Part shown: one piece after another, positions 1 to 11,039 of the stretch | Numbering within the stretch: the stretch's first letter is position 1 | How the letters are laid out: every line of letters begins with the position of its first letter | Origin: Aquabacterium sp. | Lineage (GTDB): Bacteria; Pseudomonadota; Gammaproteobacteria; Burkholderiales; Burkholderiaceae_C | NCBI RefSeq assembly: GCF_028689755.1 | Contig: NZ_JAQVCO010000001.1 | DNA length: 64,000 nt | Direction: 5' to 3' (one strand) | Notes under the pieces: generated by a model | Told to the model about the DNA's origin: nothing | Databases searched by the model: none | What the model saw: only the letters and a program-made list of their open reading frames with translations | Program-made: the position numbers and the translations under genes

Positions 1-34
1 ATTCAAGGCTCGGCGTGCCGGCCCGAAGCACGCT

Positions 35-1807
35 TTACACGGTCTGCAGCTTGACCTGGGCGTGCTCGTTGATCCCCATGGCGCCAAAGAACAGGGCGAT
101 CAGGCGATGCGGGTTGTTGAAGATCACGAAGCGGTTTTCGCCGCGGCGTGCCAGCACCCAGTTGAGCAGGTCGCCTGCCGCAATGAAGTCGACACGCAGC
201 AGGTGCTGGCAGTCCACTTCCAGGGAGACGCTGGCGCCCAATTGGCTGTCCAGTTGGGTCAGGGTGGCGCTGATGTCGCCCACCAGTTGACCCGACAGGT
301 TCAATGCCGCCACCTGTACAAACTCGACTTCGTTGTGGAACTGGGACTCAACGAAGCTGGTGACCACCTTGGAGACGTGCGTCAGGGGGCGCGTCTGCGG
401 GCTCTGACCATCATGGCTCAGGCGCACCTTGCACACGGTGGGCTCCCACGACGGTGGTGATTGCTCGTAGGTCACACAGTAGTCGATGGCCACCTCGTCG
501 AACTGGATGGGGTTGTTGCACATCCTCAGTACATCGAGGTGCAGCATCCAGTACGCCGGGTCCACGCTGCGGCTGCCGGTGGGGGCGAGATCCCCCAGGA
601 CATTTTGCAAGGTGTCGGAACCGATCCAGTGCAGCTCGATGGGCTCACGCGCCCATTGGCGCAGCAGTTGCCCCAGATTGTCCGCGCCTTCGGGCGTGAG
701 GTTCTTGACCTGGCTCCAGTCCATCACCCACGGGCGAGGCAGTTGCAGGATCTCGGTGCGCAGTTGCGCTACCGCTTCGCTGTCGATCTCTTCGGGTGCA
801 ATCCAGCCGTGAGTCGGCTCGGCGGCGGGGGGCGAAGCGACGTTCTCAGAGGCCTCTGCGCTGTGAGGTGCTTGGGGTGCACTGGCCTGGGCTGCCGCCT
901 TCTGCTGTGCCAGGAACCGTGCCACCTTGTCTGGCAAGGAGTACCACTGGGGCGCCGACAAGCCAAATTTCTGCGCGAACGTGACCGCCAGGTTGTCAAA
1001 CGGTTGGGGCAGGTCGAGGGCGCGATAGAAATCGAACAGCGCCATCCAGGTCTCGGTGTGGTCGAAGCGGGCGGCCCCCGGCTGGATCAGATCGAGCAGG
1101 CAGCGTTCGCACTGGTCGAAGTCGGCGTTGGCAAAGGCGATGACCGCCTCGTCCAGCTCCGGGTCGTGGACCATTTCGGCCACCTGGAGATCCAGCTGCG
1201 GCATGAAGGCGCTGGCAGCGAGCGGCGGGGCAGCAGGTGCCGCGCTGGCTGTCGCTGCGGCAGTGCGAGGCTCGTTCGCAGCGGCTGCCGCCGTGCCCAC
1301 CGGAGAAGGCACCAGGTCCAGTGCCATGGCGATGTCGGTGGACAGTCCGGCCGCCTGGGTGGGACGCTCTGTCGCAGCCTGTGCGCCCTGTTGACCGAAG
1401 TCCAGAGGCAGGGTGGGCACATGGGCGGGCGGGCGTGTGCCGCTGCGGGAGCTGTTGCTGCCCACCATCTGCTGCTCGATCGCGTCGATCTTGTCCTTGA
1501 CCGCCATGTCGGAGGGCGCACCGTTGGTGTGCGGGCGGGAATCCGGGTCGAGGTTGGAAGGGGTGTTGAGCGCCATCGCGGCATCGGCGCTCAGGCCTTC
1601 GCGGCGGATCTTGCGCAGCATGTCGAACTCGCGCTTGCGCACGAAATCGTTGCGCCGCTTGCGCTCGATCATGGCCTTGATTTCAGACTTGGCGTACTCG
1701 CTCTCGCCTGCATCGGCCTCTTGCGTTTCCAGCGATGACCACTCGGTCGTCGGGTTGGCGACAAAGCGCACCACCTTGCGGAAAAAACCACCGGTTTCCT
1801 TGCTCAT
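35..1807 (-). CDS. Uncharacterised protein with C-terminal STAS (anti-anti-sigma/MlaB-like) domain, a probable second STAS-like domain and a central TPR-like helical region
   Basis: 590-aa ORF. C-terminus LNLSGQLVGD...LEVDCQHLLRVDFIAAGDLLNW...NPHRLIALFFGAMGI has the STAS pattern; an internal segment (PWVMDWSQVKNLTPEGADNLGQLL) looks like a second STAS. Function unknown. Confidence 0.7.
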   Translation of the reverse strand: MSKETGGFFRKVVRFVANPTTEWSSLETQEADAGESEYAKSEIKAMIERKRRNDFVRKREFDMLRKIRREGLSADAAMALNTPSNLDPDSRPHTNGAPSDMAVKDKIDAIEQQMVGSNSSRSGTRPPAHVPTLPLDFGQQGAQAATERPTQAAGLSTDIAMALDLVPSPVGTAAAAANEPRTAAATASAAPAAPPLAASAFMPQLDLQVAEMVHDPELDEAVIAFANADFDQCERCLLDLIQPGAARFDHTETWMALFDFYRALDLPQPFDNLAVTFAQKFGLSAPQWYSLPDKVARFLAQQKAAAQASAPQAPHSAEASENVASPPAAEPTHGWIAPEEIDSEAVAQLRTEILQLPRPWVMDWSQVKNLTPEGADNLGQLLRQWAREPIELHWIGSDTLQNVLGDLAPTGSRSVDPAYWMLHLDVLRMCNNPIQFDEVAIDYCVTYEQSPPSWEPTVCKVRLSHDGQSPQTRPLTHVSKVVTSFVESQFHNEVEFVQVAALNLSGQLVGDISATLTQLDSQLGASVSLEVDCQHLLRVDFIAAGDLLNWVLARRGENRFVIFNNPHRLIALFFGAMGINEHAQVKLQTV

Positions 1808-1852
1808 GATGCGAGTATGCCCTTCTTGCTCAAAACCGGAGTCCTTCCTTGA

Positions 1853-2431
1853 TCAGTCGCCGAACATCTTTTGCTTGAGTTCGCGACGTTGTTGCGCTTC
1901 CAGCGACAAAGTGGCGGTCGGGCGGGCCAGGAGTCGTCCCAGGCCGATGGGCTCGCCGGTTTCGTCGCAGAAACCGTACTCGCCTGATTCGATGCGGGAA
2001 ATCGACTGGGAAATCTTCTTGAGCAGCTTGCGTTCGCGATCGCGGGTGCGCAATTCGAGCGCGTGCTCTTCTTCGATGGTGGCGCGGTCTGCCGGGTCCG
2101 GCACGATCGAGGTGTCTTCGCGCAGGTGCTCCGTGGTTTCGCCGGCGTTGGACAGCAAATCGGCCTTTTGCGCTTCCAGGATGGTGCGGAAGAACTCGAG
2201 TTGCTTGTCGCTCATGTACTCCGACTCGGGCATGGCCAGCAACTCGGCTTGGGTGAGGTCACGACCAGCTTTGTTCTTCCAGGCGTTGGCGAGTTTGGGG
2301 TCAACCTTGGTGGCGTTAGTGGGCATGTTCTCTGATGGACTGATGGGCGACGACGAGCGTCTTGGTGCCACGGGCGTGGCCGCGGCTTTGACCGCAGTCG
2401 TCAAGGCAGGCGAGGTGGATGTCTTTTTCAC
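1853..2431 (-). CDS. dksA: RNA polymerase-binding transcription factor DksA (Zn-finger-degenerate type)
   Basis: Coiled-coil tip motif DPADRAT, RDRERKLLKKI and C-terminal GEYGFCDETGEPIGLGRLLARPTATLSLEAQ; GTG start preceded by GGAGG. Confidence 0.95.
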   Translation of the reverse strand: MKKTSTSPALTTAVKAAATPVAPRRSSSPISPSENMPTNATKVDPKLANAWKNKAGRDLTQAELLAMPESEYMSDKQLEFFRTILEAQKADLLSNAGETTEHLREDTSIVPDPADRATIEEEHALELRTRDRERKLLKKISQSISRIESGEYGFCDETGEPIGLGRLLARPTATLSLEAQQRRELKQKMFGD

Positions 2432-2571
2432 TGGATCCTCCTTCCATGCTCCTGTGCGTGCGCCGGCTGTGGCCGGAGCTGTTGCGCAGGGCGGTGGTGT
2501 TGCACCTTCGCCTTGACGTTGGTTCGGTGCGCGATTTCCCGTCGGGACAGTTCCAGACAGGGAGCGCGCGG

Positions 2572-2577
2572 ATTGTA
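2572..2577 (-). promoter_or_regulatory. Putative sigma70 -10 element (TACAAT) for dksA, followed by a GC-rich discriminator
   Basis: Minus strand reads TACAAT-CCGCGCGC in the cobW-dksA gap; no clear -35. Confidence 0.45.
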
Positions 2578-2629
2578 GCCATGCTTGGAGACAGTTTTCA
2601 CCAGACTATCCCTCAAGTGTGCGCAGACG

Positions 2630-3688
<1,059 letters not shown>

Positions 3689-3802
3689 GAGCGCAGTGTA
3701 GTCTTGACGCCCCAGATACAGGGGCAGGAATGCGGGCGTGTTCGGCGGAATTCTGCCGACCATGGGGTATTCTTGCAGCATATCAACCACGACACCCTCC
3801 CT

Positions 3803-4708
3803 GTGTCCGATTCCCCCCCTAGTCGCCCGCCGCGAGGCGACCGCCCCCATGGCTCTGCCCATCGGCGCAAAGATGACCATCGCAGCCTGTTTGTCCGCCT
3901 GGTCGAGTTCATCTCGCCCGGGCCCGACACCACGGCCGAATTGATTGAAACGCTGGCCGATGCCGAGCACCGCGAGCTGATCGAGCCCGAATCGCGGGTG
4001 ATGCTGGAAGGCGTCATCCGGATGGCAGGCATGACCGTGGCCGACGTGATGGTGCCCGTGCGCCGCATGGACATGCTCGACATCGACGCGCCGTACGAAA
4101 CCCTGCTCGCGCAGGTCATCGAGGATGGCCACTCTCGCTTTCCCGTGTACGAAGGTGAGCGTGACAACATCATCGGCGTGTTGATGTCCAAGGATCTGCT
4201 CAAGTTGCAGCGCTCGCCAGGCCTGAATCTGCGCACCTTGCTGCGACCGGCGGTGTTCGTGCCCGAGTCCAAGGGGCTCAACGAGTTGCTGCGCGAGTTC
4301 CGCTCCAATCGCAGCCACTTGGCCATGGCGATCGACGAGTTCGGCATGACCTCGGGGCTGGTCACGATCGAGGACGTGCTCGAAGAGATCGTGGGCGAGA
4401 TCGAGGACGAGTTCGACGAAGAGGATCGCCAGTCGAGCATCTTCACCCTGGCGGACGGCAGCCAGCGGGTGGCGGGCGATGCCCTGATCGATGCCGTCAA
4501 CGAGGTGTTCCAGACGCAACTGCCGGATGACGAGTTCGAGACCATCGGCGGTCTGGTCGCCCACGAGTTGGGCCGGGTGCCCCGTCGCGGCGAGTCGGTG
4601 GACGTGGGTGGTCTGCGGTTTGTCGTGATGCTGGCGCGTGGCGGTGCGGTGCGCTGGTTCAAGGTCACACGGGCGCCTGACATGGCCCCGGTGGCCGAGG
4701 CTGGATGA
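3803..4708 (+). CDS. corC: CorC/HlyC family CBS-domain Mg2+/Co2+ transporter-associated protein
   Basis: Tandem CBS domains (HSRFPVYEGERDNIIG; DEFGMTSGLVTIEDVLEEIVGEIEDEFD) plus CorC_HlyC tail; directly upstream of lnt; GTG start at 3803 inferred. Confidence 0.9.
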   Translation: MSDSPPSRPPRGDRPHGSAHRRKDDHRSLFVRLVEFISPGPDTTAELIETLADAEHRELIEPESRVMLEGVIRMAGMTVADVMVPVRRMDMLDIDAPYETLLAQVIEDGHSRFPVYEGERDNIIGVLMSKDLLKLQRSPGLNLRTLLRPAVFVPESKGLNELLREFRSNRSHLAMAIDEFGMTSGLVTIEDVLEEIVGEIEDEFDEEDRQSSIFTLADGSQRVAGDALIDAVNEVFQTQLPDDEFETIGGLVAHELGRVPRRGESVDVGGLRFVVMLARGGAVRWFKVTRAPDMAPVAEAG

Positions 4709-6303
4709 GCGCCGCGATCGGGCGGGGGGCTCACCCCTGGTTGCGCGGTCTGATCGGGGGTGCCTTGCATGCGCTGTCCCTGTCTCCCGGGGCAGAGAGC
4801 GTTGCTGCGGGTGCACCGGTGTTGCTGCAAACTGCGGCCCTGTTGATCTTGCTGGCCGGACTGCCGCGCCAGTCCTCGCCTCGCGGGGCGGCCGTGCTGT
4901 GCTGGGTGTATGGCACGGTGTGGCTGGTGGGCGCCACCGGCTGGATGTTTGTCAGCCTGTACCGCTACGGTGGCTTGCCCGCGTGGATGGCAGTGGTGGC
5001 CGTGGGCCTGCTGTGTGCGGCCCTGTCGCTCTACATGGCTGCGGCGGGCTGGGTCTGGGGGCGCTGGCGCACCGGCGTGGCCTGGCGGGATGCCGGCCTG
5101 TTCGGAGCGGTGTGGCTGTTGGCCGAACTGGCGCGGGCCCTGATCTTCACGGGCTTTCCATGGGGGGCGAGCGGCTACGGTCTGCTGGCGACGCCGCTAC
5201 AGCACCTGGCGCCCTGGGTGGGGGTGTATGGCATGGGCTGGGTCTGGGCCACGCTGTGCGCCTGGGTGTGGTGGTCCCTGGGGTCTGTTTCTACGTCTGC
5301 CCCAGCGAAATCCTCGGGCCGGGTGGCGCGGCTGTGGCCCGCCGTGGTGGTGGCGCTGCTGCTGACGCTGGGTGCCGTGTGGGACGGTGCCCGCTTCACC
5401 CGCGTGGTGGCGCAGCCCTTGCAGGTCACCTTGCTGCAGGGCAACGTGCCACAGGATGAGAAATTCAGCCCTTCGCGGCAGGTCGAGATGCTGGTCTGGC
5501 ACGGCCGCCAACTGCTCGCAGCCCCGGGCGACCTGGTGGTGGCGCCCGAAACCGCCATTCCCCTGTTGCCGTCGCAACTGCCCGAGGGCTATTGGGGCCA
5601 ACTTCAGGCCGCGTTCGCGCAAGAGGGTCGCCATGCCCTGATCGGGGTGCCCCTGGGAGATTTCGACGTGGGCTACACCAACTCGGTGGCGGGCTTGTCG
5701 TCGCAGTCGGCGAGCCTGCAGGGGCAGATGTACCGCTATGACAAACACCATCTGGTGCCGTTCGGCGAATTCATCCCCACGGGGTTTCGGTGGTTCGTCC
5801 GCATGATGAACATTCCCTTGGGAGATTTCTCTCGTGGACCGCTGGCGGCCGCGTCGTTTGATGTGAAGGGGCAGCGAGTGGCCCCCACCATCTGCTACGA
5901 GGATCTGTTCGGCGAGGAAATTGCAGCGCGTTTCGTGCAAGCGGACCAGGCGCCCACCATTTTGGCCAATGTCAGCAACCTCGCCTGGTTTGGCGAGTCG
6001 GTCGCCATTCACCAGCATTTGCAGATTGCCCGCCTGCGCTCGCTCGAATTCCAGGTGCCCACCATCCGCTCCACCAATACCGGCGCCACCGTCGTGATCG
6101 ATCACCAAGGCGAGGTGACCGCACGCCTCGCACCCAACACCCGCGGCAGCCTGCAGGCCGAGGTGCAGGGCATGAGCGGCGTCACACCTTATGCGTGGTG
6201 GGCGGGGCGTTGGGGGCTGTGGCCCCTGATCGGCTTCGGTGCGCTGTGGGTGTGCGCCACGGCAATCTGGGGCCAACGGCGCTCTGACCGCGTCGGCATT
6301 TAA
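4705..6303 (+). CDS. lnt: Apolipoprotein N-acyltransferase
   Basis: Multiple TM segments, FTGFPW motif, nitrilase-fold triad E (APETA), K (YDKHHLVPFGE), C (ICYED); 4-nt overlap with corC. Confidence 0.95.
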   Translation: MSAAIGRGAHPWLRGLIGGALHALSLSPGAESVAAGAPVLLQTAALLILLAGLPRQSSPRGAAVLCWVYGTVWLVGATGWMFVSLYRYGGLPAWMAVVAVGLLCAALSLYMAAAGWVWGRWRTGVAWRDAGLFGAVWLLAELARALIFTGFPWGASGYGLLATPLQHLAPWVGVYGMGWVWATLCAWVWWSLGSVSTSAPAKSSGRVARLWPAVVVALLLTLGAVWDGARFTRVVAQPLQVTLLQGNVPQDEKFSPSRQVEMLVWHGRQLLAAPGDLVVAPETAIPLLPSQLPEGYWGQLQAAFAQEGRHALIGVPLGDFDVGYTNSVAGLSSQSASLQGQMYRYDKHHLVPFGEFIPTGFRWFVRMMNIPLGDFSRGPLAAASFDVKGQRVAPTICYEDLFGEEIAARFVQADQAPTILANVSNLAWFGESVAIHQHLQIARLRSLEFQVPTIRSTNTGATVVIDHQGEVTARLAPNTRGSLQAEVQGMSGVTPYAWWAGRWGLWPLIGFGALWVCATAIWGQRRSDRVGI

Positions 6304-6309
6304 TAGAAT
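6304..6309 (+). promoter_or_regulatory. Putative -10 element (TAGAAT) for glyQS
   Basis: TAGAAT immediately after the lnt stop codon, ~110 nt upstream of glyQ ATG. Confidence 0.4.
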
Positions 6310-6420
6310 CGGGTATTTGCGTTGAGCCTGTTCGCAGAGCAGGGCGCAAGGCCACACATCCATGACACCCCTGGTGACGCTGCCACCCCTGCGGCGCGGC
6401 GCACCCAACAAGGCAACAAC

Positions 6421-7338
6421 ATGCTGACTTTCCAGCAATTGATTCTGCGTTTGCAAAGCTACTGGGACGCCCAGGGCTGCACCCTCCTGCAACCCTACGA
6501 CATGGAAGTGGGCGCCGGAACCAGCCACACCGCCACCTTCTTGCGCGCTTTGGGCCCGGAGCCCTGGAAAGCCGCTTATGTGCAGCCCAGCCGCCGCCCC
6601 AAGGACGGCCGCTACGGCGAGAACCCCAACCGCCTGCAGCACTACTACCAGTACCAGGTCGTCCTCAAACCGGCACCGGCCAACATCCTGGAGCTGTATC
6701 TGGGCTCGCTGGAGGCCTTGGGTTTCGATCTGAAACAGAACGACATCCGCTTTGTGGAAGACGACTGGGAGAACCCCACGCTGGGTGCCTGGGGTCTGGG
6801 CTGGGAAGTCTGGCTCAACGGCATGGAAGTGACGCAGTTCACCTATTTCCAGCAGGTCGGCGGCATCGACTGCAAGCCCATCACCGGCGAGATCACCTAC
6901 GGTCTGGAGCGCCTGGCCATGTACCTGCAGGGCAAGGAGAGCGTGTACGACCTGGAGTACTCGCCGGGCGTGAAGTACGGCGATGTCTTCCACCAGAACG
7001 AGGTGGAGCAGTCCACCTACAACTTCGAGCACAGCGATGTCGAGTTCCTGCTGCCGGCCTTCAACAGCCATGAAAAGCAGGCCAAGTACCTGATGGAGCA
7101 GCAGCTTGCCCTGCCGGCCTACGAGCAGGTGCTCAAGGCCGCGCACACCTTCAACCTGCTGGATGCCCGTGGCGCGATCTCGGTGACCGAGCGTGCCGCC
7201 TACATCGGCCGCATCCGCAATCTGGCCCGCGCTGTGGCGGCCAGCTACCTCGACAGCCGCGCCCGCCTGGGCTTCCCGATGGCCCCCAAGGCCTGGGCTG
7301 ACGAAGTCATTGAACAACTGAACAAGAAAGCAGCCTGA
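6421..7338 (+). CDS. glyQ: Glycine--tRNA ligase alpha subunit
   Basis: [53 protein letters not shown]; start moved to ATG 6421. Confidence 0.98.
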   Translation: MLTFQQLILRLQSYWDAQGCTLLQPYDMEVGAGTSHTATFLRALGPEPWKAAYVQPSRRPKDGRYGENPNRLQHYYQYQVVLKPAPANILELYLGSLEALGFDLKQNDIRFVEDDWENPTLGAWGLGWEVWLNGMEVTQFTYFQQVGGIDCKPITGEITYGLERLAMYLQGKESVYDLEYSPGVKYGDVFHQNEVEQSTYNFEHSDVEFLLPAFNSHEKQAKYLMEQQLALPAYEQVLKAAHTFNLLDARGAISVTERAAYIGRIRNLARAVAASYLDSRARLGFPMAPKAWADEVIEQLNKKAA

Positions 7339-7340
7339 GC

Positions 7341-9512
7341 ATGAGCACCGCCAACCTCCTGGTTGAACTGTTTGTAGAAGAGCTGCCCCCCAAAGCACTC
7401 AAGAAGCTGGGCGAATCTTTCGCCACTGTATTGGCCGACAGCCTCAAGGCACAGGGCCTGGCCACGGCCGATGCCGTGGTGACGCCGTTTGCGTCGCCGC
7501 GCCGCTTGGCCGTGCATGTGACGTCGGTGGCCCCCAAGGCCGCCGATCAGGCCGTGCAGCAAAAGTTGATGCCTGTGTCCGTGGCGCTGGACGCCAACGG
7601 CCAGGCCACGCCGGCCTTGCTCAAGAAGCTCTCGGCCCTGGGCCTGGGCGTCGAGGTGGTTCCGCAGCTCAAGCGCGCCCCGGATGGCAAGGCCGAGGCT
7701 TTGTTCCTGGACAGCATCAAGCCCGGTGCCGCGCTGGCCGAGGGCCTGCAAAAGGCCCTGGAAGAGAGCTTGGCCAAGCTGCCCATCCCCAAGGTCATGA
7801 CTTACCAGCTGGAGCAAGGGGAGGGCGCCGACTTCCAGCCGGGCTGGACCAGCGTGAACTTCGTGCGTCCGGCCCATGGTCTGGTTGCGCTGCATGGCGA
7901 ACAGGAAGTGCCCTTGTCTGTGCTGGGCTTGAAGTCGGGGCGCGCCACGCAGGGCCATCGTTTTGAAGCCCGTGTCAGCCCGGTCATCCTGAAGACGGCC
8001 GATACCTACGCCGAGCAACTGCAACACGAAGGGGCCGTGATCGCCAGCTTTGCGGAGCGTCGTGCCGAGATCGTGCGACAGCTGAACGCGGCGGCGGCCA
8101 AGGCCGGCAGCGGCCTGCACCCGATCGAGGACGAGGCGCTGCTGGACGAGGTCACAGCCCTGGTCGAGCGCCCGAACGTGCTGACCGGTCGTTTCGAAGA
8201 GGCCTTCCTGGACGTGCCTCAGGAATGCCTGATTCTGACGATGAAGGCCAACCAGAAGTACTTCCCGCTGTTGGACGCCTCGGGCAAGCTGACCAACCAG
8301 TTCCTGATCGTCAGCAACATCAGCCCGCAAGACCCCAGCGCGGTGGTGGGTGGCAACGAGCGCGTGGTGCGCCCGCGCCTGGCCGATGCCAAGTTCTTCT
8401 TCGATCAAGACCGCAAGAAGACCCTGGAATCCCGCGTGCCCGGCCTGAACAAGGTCGTCTACCACGGCAAGCTGGGCACCCAGGGCGAGCGCGCCGAGCG
8501 CGTGCGCGCCATTGCCCACGCCATCGTCAACCAGCTGCGCCTGGGCACTCTGCCGTACACGGTCGACGACAAGGACCACTTCGATGTGCTCGACAGCAAG
8601 GCCCAACAGGCCGCATTGCTGGCCAAGACCGATCTGCTGACCGACATGGTCGGCGAGTTCCCTGAGCTGCAGGGCATCATGGGGGGCTACTACGCCCGCC
8701 ACGAAGGCCTGCGCGACGGCGTGGCCATTGCCATCGAAGACCACTACAAGCCCCGCTTTGCCGGCGACAGCCTGCCGCGCAACCACACCGGCACCGTGGT
8801 GGCCCTGGCCGACAAGCTCGAAACCCTGGTCGGTCTGTTCGGCATTGGCCAGTTGCCCACGGGCGACAAGGATCCGTTCGCGCTGCGCCGCCATGCGCTG
8901 GGTGTGATCCGCATCCTGATCGAAAAGAACCTGCCGCTCGACCTGCCCGCCGTGATCGAAGCGGTGCTGCCGGCCTTCGGTGAGCTGATCAGCAACCCGG
9001 CTGAGCACCTGTTGGTGTTCTTCTCCGACCGCCTGGCCGTGTCGCTGCGCGAGCAAGGCTACAGCGCGCAGGAAGTCGATGCCGTGCTGGCGCTGCAACC
9101 GGCCCGCCTGGGCGAGGTGCCGCGTCGCCTGGCTGCCGTGCGCGCGTTTGCCGCGCTGCCCGAATCCACCGCGCTGGCTGCGGCCAACAAGCGCGTGGGC
9201 AACATCCTCAAGAAGGCGGATGCCGCGGTGGAAGCCAAGGTCGATGCGGCCCTGCTGAAGGAGGCGGCCGAGCAGGCGCTGTATGCGGCACTGCAGACCG
9301 TGGCGCCTGCGGCCCAGACCGCGTTCGAGCAGGGCGACTACACGGCGTCCCTGCAGGCTCTGGCAGCCTTGCGCACGCCGGTGGACGCCTTCTTCGACAG
9401 CGTCATGGTCAATGCGGACGACGCGGCCCTCAAGGCCAATCGCCTGGGCTTGCTGGCCAGTTTGCATCAGGCCATGAACCAGGTCGCCGATCTTTCCAGA
9501 CTGGCGGTTTGA
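7341..9512 (+). CDS. glyS: Glycine--tRNA ligase beta subunit
   Basis: LLVELFVEELPPK, NERVVRPRLADAKFF, EFPELQGIMG, DPFALRR; follows glyQ by 2 nt. Confidence 0.98.
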   Translation: MSTANLLVELFVEELPPKALKKLGESFATVLADSLKAQGLATADAVVTPFASPRRLAVHVTSVAPKAADQAVQQKLMPVSVALDANGQATPALLKKLSALGLGVEVVPQLKRAPDGKAEALFLDSIKPGAALAEGLQKALEESLAKLPIPKVMTYQLEQGEGADFQPGWTSVNFVRPAHGLVALHGEQEVPLSVLGLKSGRATQGHRFEARVSPVILKTADTYAEQLQHEGAVIASFAERRAEIVRQLNAAAAKAGSGLHPIEDEALLDEVTALVERPNVLTGRFEEAFLDVPQECLILTMKANQKYFPLLDASGKLTNQFLIVSNISPQDPSAVVGGNERVVRPRLADAKFFFDQDRKKTLESRVPGLNKVVYHGKLGTQGERAERVRAIAHAIVNQLRLGTLPYTVDDKDHFDVLDSKAQQAALLAKTDLLTDMVGEFPELQGIMGGYYARHEGLRDGVAIAIEDHYKPRFAGDSLPRNHTGTVVALADKLETLVGLFGIGQLPTGDKDPFALRRHALGVIRILIEKNLPLDLPAVIEAVLPAFGELISNPAEHLLVFFSDRLAVSLREQGYSAQEVDAVLALQPARLGEVPRRLAAVRAFAALPESTALAAANKRVGNILKKADAAVEAKVDAALLKEAAEQALYAALQTVAPAAQTAFEQGDYTASLQALAALRTPVDAFFDSVMVNADDAALKANRLGLLASLHQAMNQVADLSRLAV

Positions 9513-9549
9513 TCTGAGCGGTCGCAGTCACCATCACCCCGGAGAGGCC

Positions 9550-10158
9550 ATGAAGCTTGTCATCCTCGACCGTGACGGCACGATCAACCACGAACGGGAG
9601 GACTACATCAAGTCGCCCGAGGAGTGGGTGCCTTTGCCCGGGGCTCTGGAGGCCATTGCGCGGCTGAACCATGCCGGCTGGCATGTGGTCGTGGCCACCA
9701 ACCAGTCCGGCATTGGCCGGGGTTTGTTCGACATGGTGGCGCTCAACGCCATGCATGCCAAGATGAACCAGATGCTGGCCAAGGTCGGGGGGCGTGTGGA
9801 GGCGGTGTTCTTCTGTCCGCACACGCCTGAGGATCACTGCACCTGCCGCAAACCCATGCCCGGTCTGTTTCAGATGATTGGCCAGCGTTTCGGCCGCAGC
9901 CTCGATGGGGTGCCCATGGTGGGGGACCTGCCCCGGGATGTGTTGGCGGCGCAGTCGGTGGGGTGCGAGCCCCATCTGGTGCGCACAGGCCAGGCGGCCA
10001 CCATGCCCGAAGCGGAATTGCAGGCCCTGCGCCAACAGGTCTCGGGCTTGACCATTCACCCCAACCTGTCTGCCTTTGCCGACTACCTCATCTTGCGGGA
10101 GCAGCGGGTCCAGGGTGAAGACAGCCCCGTGTCCACGCACACCGGAGAGATCAGTTGA
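9550..10158 (+). CDS. gmhB: D-glycero-beta-D-manno-heptose 1,7-bisphosphate 7-phosphatase
   Basis: HAD motif LDRDGTIN, TNQSGI, CPH...CTCRKP, MVGD. Confidence 0.92.
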   Translation: MKLVILDRDGTINHEREDYIKSPEEWVPLPGALEAIARLNHAGWHVVVATNQSGIGRGLFDMVALNAMHAKMNQMLAKVGGRVEAVFFCPHTPEDHCTCRKPMPGLFQMIGQRFGRSLDGVPMVGDLPRDVLAAQSVGCEPHLVRTGQAATMPEAELQALRQQVSGLTIHPNLSAFADYLILREQRVQGEDSPVSTHTGEIS

Positions 10159-11033
10159 CCCCCGGTCACCCCGCTCAACTGGGTTTGTGGGGTGACGGTG
10201 AGCCCCATGACCGGGCCGAAGACGCGGTGCCGCCTGGGGCATCCGGGCCTGTGCGAGAACAACTCGCGGTGGCGCAGTTCCGCCATCCGCAGGCCGAGCG
10301 TGAAATCGTCCTGGGCAAGGCGGTGGTGGCGTATGCCGTGCAGCGTGCCCGCCGGCGCAGCATCGGCATGGTGGTCGGGGTCGAAGGCCTGACGGTCCGG
10401 GCGCCACGCTGGGTGGCCTGGGCTGACATCGAAACGGCCTTGCGTGCCAAGGAACGCTGGATCTGCAAGAAGCTGGGTGAGCAGCGCGAGCGGGCGCATC
10501 GCCAGCAGGCCGCTCGCATCGACTGGTGCGAGGGGGCGAGCGTGCCCTTTCTGGGTGAGTCCCTCGTCGTGGTGCTGGAGCCGGGCTTGAAGGCCCCCAT
10601 CCTGCGAGACGGGCATGCAGCGCAAACAGGTTTGCCTGGTGTGGCGCAGCGGGCCCTGCATGTGGGCTTGCCGCAAGAAACTCCGCCGGAGAAGATCCGC
10701 GACACGGTGCTGGCATGGATGCGGCACCACGCGCGGGCCCATTTCAGTGCGCGGGTGCAGCACTACGCAGAGCAATTGCAGGTGCGCGTCACCCGCATCT
10801 CCTTGTCATCGGCACGCACGCGCTGGGGCAGCGCCAGTGCCGATGGCTCCATTCGCCTGCACTGGCGCCTCGTCCACTTCAGTCCGGCCATCATCGACTA
10901 CGTGGTCGCACACGAACTGGCCCACCTGCACGAGATGAACCACAGCCCGCGCTTCTGGTCCGTGGTGCGCTCCGTCATGCCTGACTACGAAGGCGTGCGC
11001 GAGCAGTTGCGCCACGTCGTCATGCCAGAGTGA
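10155..11033 (+). CDS. M48-like/YgjP (DUF45) zinc metallopeptidase-family protein
   Basis: RARRRSIG, RWGSAS, DYVVAHELAHLHEMNHSPRFW (HExxH); TTG start overlapping the gmhB stop. Confidence 0.85.
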   Translation: MTPGHPAQLGLWGDGEPHDRAEDAVPPGASGPVREQLAVAQFRHPQAEREIVLGKAVVAYAVQRARRRSIGMVVGVEGLTVRAPRWVAWADIETALRAKERWICKKLGEQRERAHRQQAARIDWCEGASVPFLGESLVVVLEPGLKAPILRDGHAAQTGLPGVAQRALHVGLPQETPPEKIRDTVLAWMRHHARAHFSARVQHYAEQLQVRVTRISLSSARTRWGSASADGSIRLHWRLVHFSPAIIDYVVAHELAHLHEMNHSPRFWSVVRSVMPDYEGVREQLRHVVMPE

Positions 11034-11039
11034 GTGGGC

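Noticed and set aside
6317-6405. Two hairpins in the glyQ leader (possible glycine riboswitch or T-box)
   Set aside because: No glycine-aptamer or T-box consensus is present; the stems are short, GC-rich and rely on G-U pairs.
10155-10158. No plsC acyltransferase between gmhB and the M48-like gene
   Set aside because: The genes abut with no remnant; this is ordinary gene-order variation, and my expectation of plsC here is from memory only.
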